Of a DNA stretch of 64,000 nucleotides, positions 38,044-51,239 are shown one piece after another. The notes beneath the pieces were generated by a model, which worked only from the letters and a program-made list of their open reading frames with translations, had not been told where the DNA came from and ran no database searches. The number at the start of each line of letters is the position of its first letter. Within the stretch, counting starts at the first letter, position 1. Source of the DNA: Felis catus (taxonomy: Eukaryota). The stretch is taken from assembly GCF_018350175.1 (NCBI RefSeq), contig NC_058368.1, positions 213,034,001-213,098,000 on the forward strand. Reading direction: 5' to 3'. The position numbers and the translations under genes were made by a program.

Positions 38044-38110
38044 GCTCCGCTCTTGCAGCCGAACAGCCCTCTGCTCGCTCGCTTGCAACTGACAGAGAAC
38101 CGGAAGTGAC
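38044..38110 (-). other. SUB1: SUB1 non-coding exon 1 (5' UTR); TSS position approximate
   Basis: Lies in the CpG island and ends at the consensus donor GAGC|GTGAGT (38043-38038). The sequence GTCACTTCCGGTTCTCTGTCAG resembles the human SUB1 5' UTR as I recall it. Confidence 0.85.
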
Positions 38111-38170
38111 GAAAGCGAGGAGCTGCCGGCCCCGCCCCTCTGGGACTGCGTACACGTGATGGGGCGTGGC
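38099..38170. promoter_or_regulatory. Core promoter motifs: ETS/GABP ACCGGAAGTG (38099-38108) overlapping a half-CRE TGACG, GC box (38129-38138), E-box CACGTG (38153-38158), Sp/KLF GGGGCGTGGC (38161-38170)
   Basis: Exact motif matches read from the sequence, clustered at the inferred TSS. Factor binding is not demonstrated. Confidence 0.7.
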
Positions 38171-38653
38171 TTCCTCGCCGAAACCAACAGCGAGACCCTT
38201 TCCAGGGCCTTAAAGGGACCGTCCTCGTGCTGAGCCAGTGCCTTGAAAGTGAAATGCAGCGGAGATTGAGCCTGACCTGTGAGTGTGAATGAGGGCACGA
38301 ATAAAACACGAATGACAACCATCGAACTTTGCCCTTAATTCCGTAAGTGTTTCTTGTACTAAAGTGAAGTGTCCATACTGAATAAGCCCATTTTCCCAGA
38401 AATGGTCCTTACCCCACCCCCCCTACCTTCAGCAGTTTTTGGCTGGTAAAATCCAAAGGAAGGAAACCAAAGTGTCACATATTTAATTCTGGAAAATGCA
38501 AGAAATCTTTACAGAAGTCCTTGGCCACCCTTATCCTTAAACTGAAGTCTTGGAGGTAGTTCACGGAAGACAGGAGAAATCCATACTACAAGCAGGAACA
38601 TGGCCAATCGATTTACAGTTAATAAATGCCTGCTATAGCCAAGAATATATATA

Positions 38654-38870
38654 GGGGTGCCTGGGTGGCTCAGTTGGTTAAGAGCCTGACTCATGATTTT
38701 AGATCAGGTCATGATCTCACAGTTGATGAGTTCCAGCCCCCGTTGGGCTCAGCACTGACAGTGTGGAGCCTGCTTGGGATTCTGTGTCTCCTCTCTCTCT
38801 GCTCCTCCCTTGCTCAAGTGCGCTCTCTCTCTCGCTCTCTCTCTCTATCAAAAATAAACTTAAAAAATAT
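38654..38870 (+). mobile_element. Can-SINE about 0.5 kb upstream of the SUB1 TSS, followed by a MIR relic (about 38900-39090)
   Basis: SINE head and tail; MIR-like attttataatgaagaaacccaggg. Confidence 0.85.
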
Positions 38871-40102
38871 ATATATAAAGTTTTATTTATCCAACACACA
38901 TTTATCAAGCACCCACTATGTGTCAGCCACTGCATGAGGCACTTTGCATATATTACTCATCTCAACTTTCCAAAGTAGGAATAATTATTCTCTCAATTTT
39001 ATAATGAAGAAACCCAGGGTCAACAAGGTTGAATAAGCTGCTAGAGGTTATATAGGGAGTGAGTCATGATTCAAACCCTGCACTGTCTGACTCACATTGC
39101 TGTCGACTGGGATCTTACCCTCTCCTAATCATGCAGTGTCAGGCTAGATGACCACTTTTTAAAAAATGAAACACTTACTGTACAATTCCTTTTACATGAT
39201 GTTCCAAAAAAGGCAAAAATAATCTATGGGGATCTAGGTCAGTAACCCTTGGGGAATATCACTTGGGAGCAAGTATAAAGGAATCTGCTAGGATGATGAA
39301 TATATCTTGGTCTGGGTGGCAGTTACACAGGTGTACATAGATGTAAAATTTCACAGTATATAAGATACACTTCAATGAGAAAGTTGAAAAAGTAAGAAAT
39401 ATTTAAATTAATTTGTAAAAAAATGAAAGGTACTCAATAACTACTGTTCCAGCATGGTCTCTTGTTAACCTAGAGTTTGCACACCTAGAAGAAGTTTGGG
39501 GAGCTCCCCCACCAGCACTATGGCCAGCTGACCAAAGTTTCCCTGTGGCCAACAGTGCCCTAGAGCATTGTCAGGGTATCTGGTTGTACTGAACTCATAT
39601 ACTGGGGTAACTAGAAGATCACTGGGCTGCCCAGGCCCTGAAAGCCATGGACGTGGCTCTCCCTGGAACTCTGGTGTCAGCTGAGGATGGATAGAGTTCA
39701 GGGCACTGTTTGTAGTCATCTGACTCACAACCTCCCCTCCTCCTCCTCCAAGATAAAAAGAGTTACAACTCTCTTTACTCAAAGAGAATTCGCCAGGAAT
39801 TCGCCAGGAATTCAGGAATAAATAGGATTGATAGGGCCTGTGTAAATACATGAAGCAGACAATAAACAAGCAAAAAATGAAATACAGATGATAATTTTAG
39901 ATAAGTACTATGAAAACTAGAAGAAAAACAGGATGATGCCATAGAGGATATTGGGTGAGATTAATTTAGATATGATAAGGATGAAATGGGACTATTTGGA
40001 CAGGAACCTGAAAGAAAAGGGGCAGCTGGGCTAAAATGTTGGTGCTGGGAGTTTCAAACAGAGCAGAGGCTCTAAGGTGAGTCTGAATATCAAAAAGTTC
40101 TC

Positions 40103-40275
40103 AGGTGCCTGGGTGGCTCAGTAGGTTATGCGGGTAGGCATTAGCTCAGGTCATGATTTCACCATCTGCCCGGCATTGGGCTCTGCTGACAGCTTGGAAC
40201 CTGGAGTCTCTGCCTCTCCCCGCTTGCTCTCTGTCTCTCAAAAATAAATAAACATTTAAAAAAAATTTTTTTTAA
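40103..40275 (+). mobile_element. Can-SINE (internally deleted)
   Basis: TSD atcaaaaagttctc. Confidence 0.88.
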
Positions 40276-41089
40276 AGATCAAAAAGTTCTCTCGATGTAG
40301 AAACCCATCAGAGACCAGGGACTACCACATGTGTGGCCCACACAGCAGCTCCCCAGGGGCAGTGCCAGGGCTGCTCGAGTCCTAGAAAGTGCTGGCTCTG
40401 CAGAGCTGCAGGGGCCCAGTTCTGGCCTTTCTCCAAGATCCAAGACAGCACCTCTGCCTTCTCCTCCTCACCCATCATTATGGATCAGCACCAAGGAATC
40501 CCACAGCTTCCTCCAGCGGTGTCCAGGCCCAGAGAAATGGATCCACATTAGCCAGGGGTTTGTTTTTTCGGGTATCGATCTACATGAAATAGTGCAAGGC
40601 CCTGGGTAATTGTGAAATGACAGCTACCGCCACAAATACTAGAAAATTCCACAGATAGCTGGACCTCTGGATTAGAATAAACTGGGGATGCTTTGAAGAG
40701 AATGACAGCCTCAGACTTGACCTGGGGGGGATGAGAGAGACCATGTGGAGAGGGAAGAAAGGAACACTCTGAGCACATTGAGAAGCTATGAGTGTCAATC
40801 CTATCGGAGTAGAGTTGGCACAGAGGAAGAGTAGGCAATTCTTCCAGAAAAGTAGGATGAAGCCAAATGGCAAAGGGCCCTAAATGAAGTTGAAGGAGTT
40901 TGGATCACCCCATGTGAAAATGAAGACAATGAAATGTGGAAGATTTTTGAGCCATGGCAGTTAAAATGTTTTCAGAAAGTCCAGGGTAAAATGAAGATGG
41001 GGCTGAAGAAAGAAGGAAGAGCTAGAGTCTGGAAAACACTTTCCAGGAGGCTTTTTTGATTGCTAACACAAGAAGTGATAAATTTCCCC

Positions 41090-41277
41090 AGGGCCCTGGG
41101 TGGCTCAGTAGGTTAAGCATCCAACTTCAGCTTAAGTCATGATCTCAGAATTCATGGGTTCAAACCCCACATTGGGCTCCATGTTGACGGTGCAGAGCCT
41201 GCTTAGGATTCTCTGTCTCTCCCTCTCTCTCTGCCCCTTCCCCATCTCTCAAGATAAATAAACTTAAAAAAAAAAAG
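41090..41277 (+). mobile_element. Can-SINE
   Basis: Head, body and A tail. Confidence 0.88.
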
Positions 41278-42150
41278 GGACAAATTTCTAGAACATCAAA
41301 ATCACTATCATATGGACTTGGCCCCAGCTGAGCTCTCTGTGCACACATCTGCATCCAATAGAGAGACCACTAGGAGTAATAAGGAGAAGAAAGATCTTTT
41401 CTAAACTTAAACCCACTGGGTCCAAGCAACTCTGCTTTCAGACCATTTGCCTGCATTAAATGCAAAGGGAAGAGAGCTGACCTTCCTTCTTTGCCACTGA
41501 TTATGGCACCACTGTGGAATTGTGTGGGCTCATGGTGACCACCAAAAATAAATTCCTAGGCCTCAATGTGCAATAAGAGAGGACACAGTATCCAGGACAG
41601 AGAGGAGACTGCGACCCAGCAGAGCAATACCTGTTTAAAAAAAAAAACAAAAAAAAAAAACAGTACTCAGCAGAGACCATCAGGCTCTGAGTCAATTCAC
41701 TCCCTTATAAGTAGGAGAACAGAGACGTGCATTCTCATGGCCGCCATAGCAGAGAACATATGTGGTGCAGATTCCCAAAATATGAGGAACAGTGGGTGGG
41801 TAGAAGAATGGTAAGGGAGTTGGCAAAATAAATGCAGAATCCTATAGAAGCTCAGAATTACAGGTCTGAGATGCCACAGAAGGATGAGGGGTACAGGAAA
41901 TGGGAGTGAGGAAATCAGGGAATGGTTGGGACTGTATGTGGAACGATGAGATCAGTGGTTCCCATCCACCCATCTCCCAGGAGAAGGGAGTTCCGTCTTC
42001 TCTGGAGAAATGGGAGGGAGGATGGCATGTGTGAAGGGCTTGAGGAACAAGCAGAATTCAGAAGGCTGCTTCTAAGTCTGTTCATGTGAAACATCCTTCC
42101 CCAGACCCTTTCCCTTCTAGGACTATTTGACTTTTAAAAGATTAAATGCA

Positions 42151-42322
42151 GGGGCACCTGGGTGGCTCAGTAGGTTAAGCCTCCTCAGACCTTTGACTTC
42201 AGCTCAGGTCATGATCTCATGGTTAGGTTCCAGAGTTCCAGCCCCACATGGGGGTGGGGGGAGCCTACTTGGTATTCTCTGTCTCCTCTCTTTCTGCCTC
42301 TCCCCCACTCATTCGTTTCTTC

Positions 42323-42369
<47 letters not shown>

Positions 42370-42440
42370 AATAAACTTTAAAAAAAAAAAAGACTGGTAA
42401 AGACCAGACCAAACCATTCTGAAAATAAACAAATAAATAA
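42151..42440 (+). mobile_element. Can-SINE with an extra 3' segment
   Basis: TSD-like attaaatgcag at 42141-42151 and 42440-42450. Confidence 0.85.
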
Positions 42441-42609
42441 TTAAATGCAGAAAAAAATACACGTTAATTCCTTAAAAATACATATTTCGTGGAACTCTAA
42501 ATCGTGATGAAACAAAAGTAGCCGTGCAGATAAACACAGACACAGCCCACTGGTTCGGGCCCCCTGCTCACTTGTTCCCTCTCTGTCACACATACCTACC
42601 TAATGAAAC

Positions 42610-43140
42610 TGAAGCAGAGGCAAGAATTTACCTTCCCCCTCTTAGGGTCTTCCCTGAGGCTGAGCATTAAGTTGACATAAGACAGATAAAGAGGAGGAAA
42701 GCATACAGATTTATTTAACGTAAGTTTTGTGTGGCACAGCAGCCCTCATAAGGAAATGAAGATTCCCAGAAATTGCAAAACCTACACGTCTTTATATTAG
42801 GTTGAACTAGAGGTGATTACAGATAAGTAACTCAGTTATGTGGGGAGTCTAAAGAAAGATAGGAATTATTTGAACGTGGTCTATGTGTATAGAATTCCCT
42901 CAGTCTCAACTTTCAGTCCTGACGATAAGAAACATTACTTTCCTTCTGGTTTGGGAAAGACGTCTTCCATATGGGGGTTCCATCTGGGGGTTTTATCTCC
43001 TGTTTTTAGGAAGAAAAGGGGGATATTCAGAGTGTCTTTCTTGCACCCACTGTTTTTTTTTTTTAAGTGTCCTTAGTTCAAAATAATTTTGATGTCAATT
43101 TCGAGGCACCTCTTGGGATGACATATTTTGGTCTCCTTCA
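42610..43140 (-). mobile_element. MER34/MER39-like ERV1 solo LTR
   Basis: TG...CA ends; the minus strand begins tgaaggagaccaaaatatgtcatcccaa...aaaattattttgaactaaggacactt; flanks aaac/aaat resemble a 4-bp TSD. Confidence 0.7.
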
Positions 43141-44196
43141 AAATCTTGTTTACTATTCTAGGTAAACCAAGCACCAATAAGTAAACACAGCGTCCTCGCA
43201 TCTCCATCCCTTCCCCCTTTGACAAAAGTTTTCATTCAGTTTCTGTGTTGCAGAGGGAACTGGGCGGTCTGCCTGCAGTGGGTTTGGGTTTCCATTCTCT
43301 GAGCTTTGAGAGGAGAACTGTTAAGGAAGTATGAATTTTTAGAAGCAGGGAAAGGTGAAGCTTTGCATACAAATGTTGTTGGCTCGTTTTCTTGGGTTTG
43401 TGATACTTGGTGAAACTGTTAGCAAATCCTTGAAAATAAGTGATCTCCACTTTTTTTTTAAGTAAATATAATTCAAAAAATTAACAAAAATAAATGACTA
43501 CATTTAAGTGAAAGAGGACGTTGTGGTTTGTTTTTGTTTTTGATTTTTTTTTAATTTACAGCAAAATAGGAATGCTGTTGCTTTCAAATAATAGGAGGCG
43601 GGCGAATTCACATACCTTTGTACAGGATGGGGTCAGGGATTACTCCTTTCATAGGGAAATCTAGGGAAATCCCTAGAAGGAATCTTTGGACACGAATGGA
43701 CCCCATCCCCTACTCCAGGCCTTGCTCCAGAAGAAGCAGATGATAAAAAAATGAGCTGAATTTGGAGTATCTATAGGTAGACCAGAAAGAGAGGTGGTTT
43801 GGGGAGCAGAGATGAAAAGAGAAAGCGTGCGGGAAACAGTTCAGTTGCTCGGGAAGACCAGAGCTTGAGGAAGAGACAGTTAGGGAGAAATTCCTAGTAC
43901 CCTTGAGGGGTGGGGGTGCGGAGGATTCTTCAAGGGTTCCCTGGCGCGTACTGCACTGTGAATACCTCCATTACTCATTTCTTCCAAAACTTGAGAAAAA
44001 GTTGTTCAGGCTGCAGGGTATCATTTTGAAATGTTACCCAGGGCAGCTCCGGTTTCCAGCACTTCCCACTCTCTGCCCCTTATCCTTTCCCCGACTTCCC
44101 ACTTTCCGGGCCACAGCCTTCCAAAGGAGAAGGATGTCAGAGCAGAGCACAGGGCTCCGATTCTTGGCTTTTGACTTAAAACCTTAGGATTCCGAA

Positions 44197-44390
44197 GGGG
44201 CATGGATGGCTCAGATGGTTAAGCGCCCGACTCTGGGTTTCTGCCAGGTCATGATCCGAACCACATAGAGCTCTGCACTGACAGCATGGAGATTACTTGG
44301 GATCCACTGTCTCTCCTCTCTCTCTGCTCCTCCACTGCTCGCTCGCTCTCACTCTCTCTAAATAAATAAACTTTAAAAAAAAAGATAAAA
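44197..44390 (+). mobile_element. Can-SINE
   Basis: TSD taaaa(c/t)cttaggattcc. Confidence 0.88.
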
Positions 44391-47300
44391 TAAAATCTTA
44401 GGATTCCAGGCATAAATTATAGATTTAAAACAATATATAATTAATTAAATCCTGTTACTTCTGTCCCTACCCAAAGGCCCTGGAGATGTTGTCCAGACTA
44501 CGGAAAGGGAGAGTAAGAAACAAATGAGATAAAAGTTCTCTTCAGTGTCTTTGAGAAGGTAGCTCGGTCCTCTGTCCCCAAGACCAGCCCTGGGGGAAGA
44601 TCCCCAGAGAGTTTGAGAAGCAAAGCAAACCTAGTGACTTGTTAGCCAGTTGGGCTCCTGGAGGTCCTCTGCGCCCCACAAGGTATAGGCAGAGACGTCT
44701 GCATGCCGAGGATGGGAGGCTTAGGGCAGCCTCACTGCACTCCAGGCCTCTCCACGTTGCTACAGCACATAGCAGAATGTCTTCCTCTCTTGTCCAGAGT
44801 AGCACAGATGTGGTGCTGACAACCCGCAGATCTGAGGGGCCTTGCAGTCAGGGCAAGGAGATCTCACCAGCCATGATCTGAACAGAGTGGACAGAACAAA
44901 GGACATCTCAACAAATGCCTGGGTGACAAAGCACCAAAGACAAGAACCAGACAAGATCAGCTCTTAACTGAAGATCTGCGTGAGTAGGTAGAGGGAAACA
45001 GGCTGGACTCTGCCACCACCCTTGAGGCTCTGACACCATAGAAGCCCACCCCACCCCTGCCCACAATTGAGAAGGGAAGAAATCATGAGTTTAACCTGAA
45101 ATTGGCTAAGATAAAGTGTGTGCCACTAGATGGAATGAATGGTGATCAGTAAATGCAATCATAGAAAAATCCAGAAAGTCACATTTCTCCTGAGCCTGAG
45201 TTTGTAGCACAAGAGCTGTACCTGTAACATACAAAGAAGAGGGAACAAGAAATAAAGGAAGAGGAGCCGTGCTATGTGCCAGGGATGGGGTGGGCACAGA
45301 GGGAGGTCAGAAGCCTCTGATCAAGAGCATCGAGGCTAAAACAGGGAAGCAGACCACACCACAGAATGATTAGAACACAGTTCCCTCCAGAAGATTTTTG
45401 GACACTTAGGGAGCCTACCGGAGATCCTGCAGCAAATGAAATGGTAGCAACAAACATTCCATTTGACTATTAAAGTACTGGTAGCTTTGGACGTCTCGAG
45501 GTCTTGGGAACACCTAGGATGGGGCCATCTGGGTCATATGTGCAGGTGAGAAAACAAGTGAAAGCAAGCCCTGGGCACCCTTCAGTGCAGTGATGCTGGA
45601 GAGGTGGGAAGGGTGAGGGTGCAATGTGAGCCGGTGGCACACCCTCTCCGTGAGAGGAGACATAGGAAGTGTGTCTGTCTTCACAGGGTGAGAGCTACAT
45701 CCCTCAGATGCAGTGAAGTGAGAGAAAGCTAAGGCAAAGGAGTCATGCTTCAAAAGCTTTGAGGAAGATGGCAAAAGGAGTTTCCTTTCTCCCTTTCCTA
45801 CCCCACTGAGAGTCTGGAAAGTTAAGTCTGGAGACAGAGAAGGAAGGAACCAGCAAGAATATTCACCTAGCGTTATATGGGCCTGGCTTCAGTGACGCAT
45901 AAACCAGATAAAATAGCCAACGGCAATCACAAGCAAGAGCAAAATTCCTCTGTGGACAGCTGGAGGCCAAAGTGGACAAACTGACTTGCATGCGGGGAGA
46001 AAGGAAGGACTGTGTTTGCTCCTGAAAGCACAGGGTTAAAATTTTCTAGCAAACAAGCTGCTACAAGCTTTTTTTCCTATTTATCTGCTGAAATTAACTT
46101 TCATAGTAGAACATTAAAAAGTTAATAATTTATAGTTCCTAAAGTTTAATACTTCTTCTCACTCAAGTAATTATAAATAAATATGAATTATATGTAAGGT
46201 CATATGCAATGAGTAACAGGAATATATATAAGGAGGCTATTTAAATACAAACTGCTAAGCATTTTTCCCCTAGGGTGACTTTTCTGAACTTGGTAGCAGA
46301 GCTATTCTTAGGTCAAACTTTCATTAGAAATGCCATGTCACCTCTTATAAAAGAATGCATTTTGTAATACCAAAGAATACAAACCATCTTTACTAGGTGA
46401 ATGGCATAACTCCTCTTATTCTCTATACCTGACTTATTTAATGTTCTATAAAATAGTGTAATTAGTTCCTAGTAAATATGCCATAACTTACAACCAAATG
46501 AATGTTTTCCCCTTCAGAAGTAGTCTTCTAAGGAGCCATATAATTACCACAATGACTCTGACATTGGTCAAAGTTAACTTTCAGAACTCCGTTTTGAGAG
46601 TAGCTGTCTGGTCTTTTATATGTCCCTGGTAACAGGAAATATTTAGCTTTTGAGATCAATTTCTGTTTGGAAAGAGCAAAAAAATTATCAGAGCCATGTT
46701 TATATGAGTCACAAATACATTCATAAAATGATATATGGATCACTAAATGGCTCTGGTGACAATTCAAAACAAAGAAGGATGTCGACTGTAAATGTGGTAG
46801 CACTGTTTGAACAAGTACATAGCCCCCCAAACAGACCATGGAGGATACTCCATTTAGGTATTGTATTGCTTAACTTTTGTTGTTAAACTTTTGTATTGTT
46901 AAACTTTTTTGGAGTGCTCCATATTAAACAAGCATCCTATGTTGCTGTGCCTGTGATAGTCAATGAAACCAATATGAAAATCCAATCCAAGCCTTCTCCT
47001 CTTTATCTGAGGCCCAATGCTAAGGGTTACCTGGCTGATTGACCATCACACCCCTGGGGAGACTGTCCATAAACACAGCATGAGCTATATCAGCCAACAG
47101 GTTAGGCATAGTGATTGAGCAGACAATCAAATACTGGGATGGTCTCTGCTGAGATGAGAACTCCTGTCTGCCAACCTTACAAAGCCACTTAACCAGAGAC
47201 CACAGGGCTGAGTGACACCTACATTGAGAAACTCAATAATCCAATGTGGTAATATCTCAGAATACTGGTGTTCAGGGTAGCAACGTAGGATGTTTGACTC

Positions 47301-47877
47301 TGGACTATCCCAGAAACCCACAGACCAGGGTCAACATGACAATGCCACTTTATCTCATTCAGAACTGTAGTCTTTTCACATCACTGTATCTTTAATAAAT
47401 GCATGTTGTTTAAAAGCAATCAGCTTCTTACTTTGAGCTTCAAAAATTTAACTACGATTAAGGAACAAGGACAGGTGTATAGATTCTGGTATCTCTGTTT
47501 TTTAAAAGATCTACTTTTTAGTAACACCTAACGTGGACATCCTTGTCCCTCAATGACTTCTGCTAGGTTGTCAGACCTAGACTACAAGCGTTAAATAGTT
47601 TTGTCCTTTCACGGTAGCACCTAGGATATTGTTGCCTTCATATCCCTTAATATGACAATGCTGAATTTGGAAATCCATGTAGAAGAACATATAACTATAT
47701 CAGATTGGGATATAGAACCAAGTAAAGAAAACAGGGACCTATACACAGAAGGACATAGCAAGGTAAAGAAATCAGCACCATCATCCTTAATTATTTTTAA
47801 TGAAAAACATGAATGAATAATTGAAATGATTTAAAATTCAAATGATTAAACGTCATTGATAAGTGATTTCTCCCCAA

Positions 47878-48540
47878 ATATTTTTTATAATGTTTCTTTA
47901 TTTTTGAGAGAGGGAGTGGGGGGTGGGGGTGGGGAAGGGGCAGAGAGAGAGGGAGACACAGAATCTGAAGCCTGATGACAGTCTCTGAGCTGTCGTCACA
48001 GAGACAGATAGGGGTCCTGAACTCACGAATCACAAGATCATGACCTGAGCCAAAGTAGAATGTTTAACCAACTGAGCCAACCAGGTGCCTTTATTTTATT
48101 TTAATTTTTGAGAGAGACAGAGAGACAGAATGTGGGCAGGGGAGGGGCAGAGGGAGAGGGAGACATAGAATCTGAAGCAGGGTCCAGGTTCTGAGCTGTC
48201 AGCACAGAGCTGGATGCAGTGTTCAAACCCATGAACTGCGAGATCATGACCTGAACCAAAGTTAGACACTCAACTGGCTGAGCCACCCAGGCACCCCCAA
48301 AATTTACCTTTAAAGAAATTTCTGGAGGGACACCAAGTGGTTTAGTCGGTGAAGCATCGGACTTCAGCTCAGGTCATAATCTTATGGTTCGTGGGTTCAA
48401 GCCACACGTTGGGCTCTGTGCTGACAGCTCAGAGCCTGGAGCCTGCTTTTGATTCTGCGTCTCCCTCTCTCTCTCTCTGCCCCTTCCCTACTCACACTGT
48501 GTCTCTCAAAAATAAATAAACATTGAAAAAAAATTTTTTT
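47878..48540. mobile_element. Three Can-SINEs (two minus, 47878-48298; one plus, 48326-48540)
   Basis: Three SINE bodies; TSD aagaaatttctggag around the plus copy. Confidence 0.9.
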
Positions 48541-48769
48541 AAGAAATTTCTGGAGACCCCTTACCACATTAGATTCTGCTAAAGTATATTCTCAGATTAC
48601 TAATGTCTCTGCTCTGAAAATCCAGATCTTTTTTAAAAATAAGATATGTCTTCTATGAATTTGAACCGTTCTTCTCCAGGACAGTTTTTAATAAAACTTG
48701 TCTGTTTCAAACACTCTACATGAATTTACATTTAGGTCATTTATGCAATTTTTGTTAATTCTCTATAAT

Positions 48770-49632
48770 TCTGACCCAAGGCTGGTTTACTGGTTTATTC
48801 CCAGTACCTTTGAGTGTGCCCTCATTGGGAAATAGGGTCTTTGCACATGTAATCAAATTAAGATGCAATCATGTCTGGGCGGCTCAGTTGGTTAAGTGTC
48901 CAACTCTTGATTTTGGCTCAAGTCATGATCTCACAGTTGTGAGATGGAGCCCCGAGTGGTGTGGTCGGGCTCCACGCTGAACATGGAGCTTGCTTGGGAT
49001 TCTTTCTCTTTCTCTCTCTCTGCCCCTCCCCCACTCACACTCTCTCTCTTTCAAAAAAAAAAAAAAAGATGAGATCATGCTAAATTAGCAAAGGCTGTAC
49101 ATTCAATAACTGTTGGGGTTTTTTTTTATGTTTTTTATTTATTTTTGAGAGAAAGCAGGGGAGGGGTGGAGAGAGAGGGAGACACAGAATCTGAAGCAGG
49201 CTCCAGGCTCCATGCTGTCAGTACAGAGCCCTACATGGGGCTTGAACTCACGAACCTTAAGATCATGACCTGAGCCGAAGTTGGACGCTTAACTGACCGA
49301 GCCATGCAGGCAACCCAATAACTGCTGTCTTTATAAGAGAAAGGAGAAAGAGATTTGGATACAGCGATATGGAGAAGAAAGCCTTGTGATGACCTTGGCA
49401 GAGACTAGAATGAAAAGTCTACAAGCCAACAGACACCAGTGATTGCTGGAAGTCACAGAAGCTAGGAAAAGTCAAGGAGATATCGTTCCCCGATACCAAC
49501 AGAAGTAGCAAGGTTCCACTGACACCTTCATTTTGGACTTCTAGCCTCCAGAACTGTGAGAGAATAAATTTCTGTTGTTTTAAGCCAGCCAGTTTTAGTT
49601 ATTTGTTAAGACAATCTCAGGACACAAAAGCA
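48770..49632 (+). mobile_element. MLT1B/C-like MaLR LTR with two inserted Can-SINEs (48873-49047 +; 49119-49316 -)
   Basis: ggaaatagggtctttgcacatgtaatcaaattaagatg ... ggacttctagcctccagaactgtgagagaataaatttctgttgttttaagcca. Confidence 0.8.
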
Positions 49633-51239
49633 CCAACATCATGCAGCTGGTGAGTAAAGGGGCTGGATTTGATCTCAATTGCCTGCATCCCAGATATCAA
49701 GCATAACCCATACTCCATGCTATCAAGGGTGGTTTTTGTTGCCACCTGATATCCTAAACCTACTCAGGAATGCTCCAGGCTCCATAAGCTAATTAGAAGT
49801 GTTGATCTGGCTGAATTCAAGGTGAGAGTTACAGATGCCCAAACTCCCTGTTTTTGTCAATCAGAGAATTGATACTTGGAGGGTTGTATAGAGCAACAGA
49901 AAGAATGCTAAGGAGCCAGGTCCAGAGACCAGTAGTGATATCGACCAGAATAGAGCTAGGGCAAGTCATGTCACCTCTCTGGCTCTCAGGGTCCTGCTCT
50001 GTCAGCAGTCAAACTAAATATTCCATGTGATTCCAGACAACTGTGGAACAAGCTGGCTGGACCCACCAGGGGCTGTTTTTATTTTCACTTTTGTTGCTTT
50101 GTTTGGTCTACAAGTTTTATTTGGATTATTCAATTTTTAAATGTTTTGCCACTGGATTGGTCACATTTCACATTTAAAGGTTTCTTTCTCACATCTATCT
50201 GTTCACTCCCAGGCATCAGAAATTAAAATAATGGGCCTATTTTGATTGCAGTGCAGTGGCACAGTACTTCTTGCTCCTTCTGAGTTGAAGCACCTTCTAC
50301 TTTTAAGGAAGGACCCAAGCCGGAACAATGCCCTTGTAGCCACAGCAGGTGCAAAGGAGAACTGGCCTGTTTCGAAACAAGAGCAACGAACCGTCTCCAA
50401 AATAAATATAGTCCAGTGATTAACCATTGAAACCATCAACCATGCAGAGTAACATAAATACTAAAGTGGGTCGTTTTCCAGGATGACCTTTCTTCAAGAA
50501 TGTAAAGCAGGCAAAACTGCATCTGCCTCTACAGCTGCGACTCTGAACAGAATCAGGCAAACTGCCCCAGTGACGCATCCTGTCCAATCTGACAGGTGTG
50601 GAAAGTGGGCATTCTTAGCTACGAAGAAGAACTAGGCTATTTTCACTTTGACTTGCCCTTCCTTGTGTGTGCCCCAAATGGTGCTATTTATAGAATGCTC
50701 TGAAACAAAAGATTAAATACAATTGAGCTTTCAAGGCACCCTCCTAAACACTGATTCCATTTCTTCCCTTGAGGCTCCAGGAGCTGCAGTGACTGCCACA
50801 AGTAAGAAGGTCATTGCGAGTGAGAAAAATGTGGAGACTCACTCTTCCTTCCAGTCTCCCTTATGAATTCTCTCCCAGACGTGGAGGTAGAGATTCTCAC
50901 AGCCCCACGACAGCTTCTTATGTCTTTCTAAACATACAGCCAGGACTGTTACCAACGTTATTATTGTTGTTGTTGTTGTCTTTTTTTGTTATTCTGGTGT
51001 GGGATACTCTGATTTACACTAAGCGCCAGTGTAGGATGTCTGTGATTATATACACTTAACACACACATGCACGTGCACATTAAATTAGGTTACCAGTTGT
51101 TAAATAAACAAGGAATGTTTCTTTAACTCTACAGACCATGCCAATAAAATAAACAAATACAGAGTGAGTCCTATAAGCAAGTGCTATCAGCAAGGTATTC
51201 TCAACAAAGATTATTCTTTCAAAAGATAATTGATTCCAG

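Larger units (their letters stand above)
37360..38230. promoter_or_regulatory. CpG island, TATA-less SUB1 promoter and start of intron 1
   Basis: Very GC- and CpG-rich relative to the rest of the window; spans exon 1. Confidence 0.92.

Noticed and set aside
37178..38322. Long overlapping ORFs (up to 238 aa) on both strands
   Set aside because: An artefact of stop-codon scarcity in the GC-rich CpG island. The translations are low-complexity Gly/Pro/Arg/Ala with no recognisable domain.
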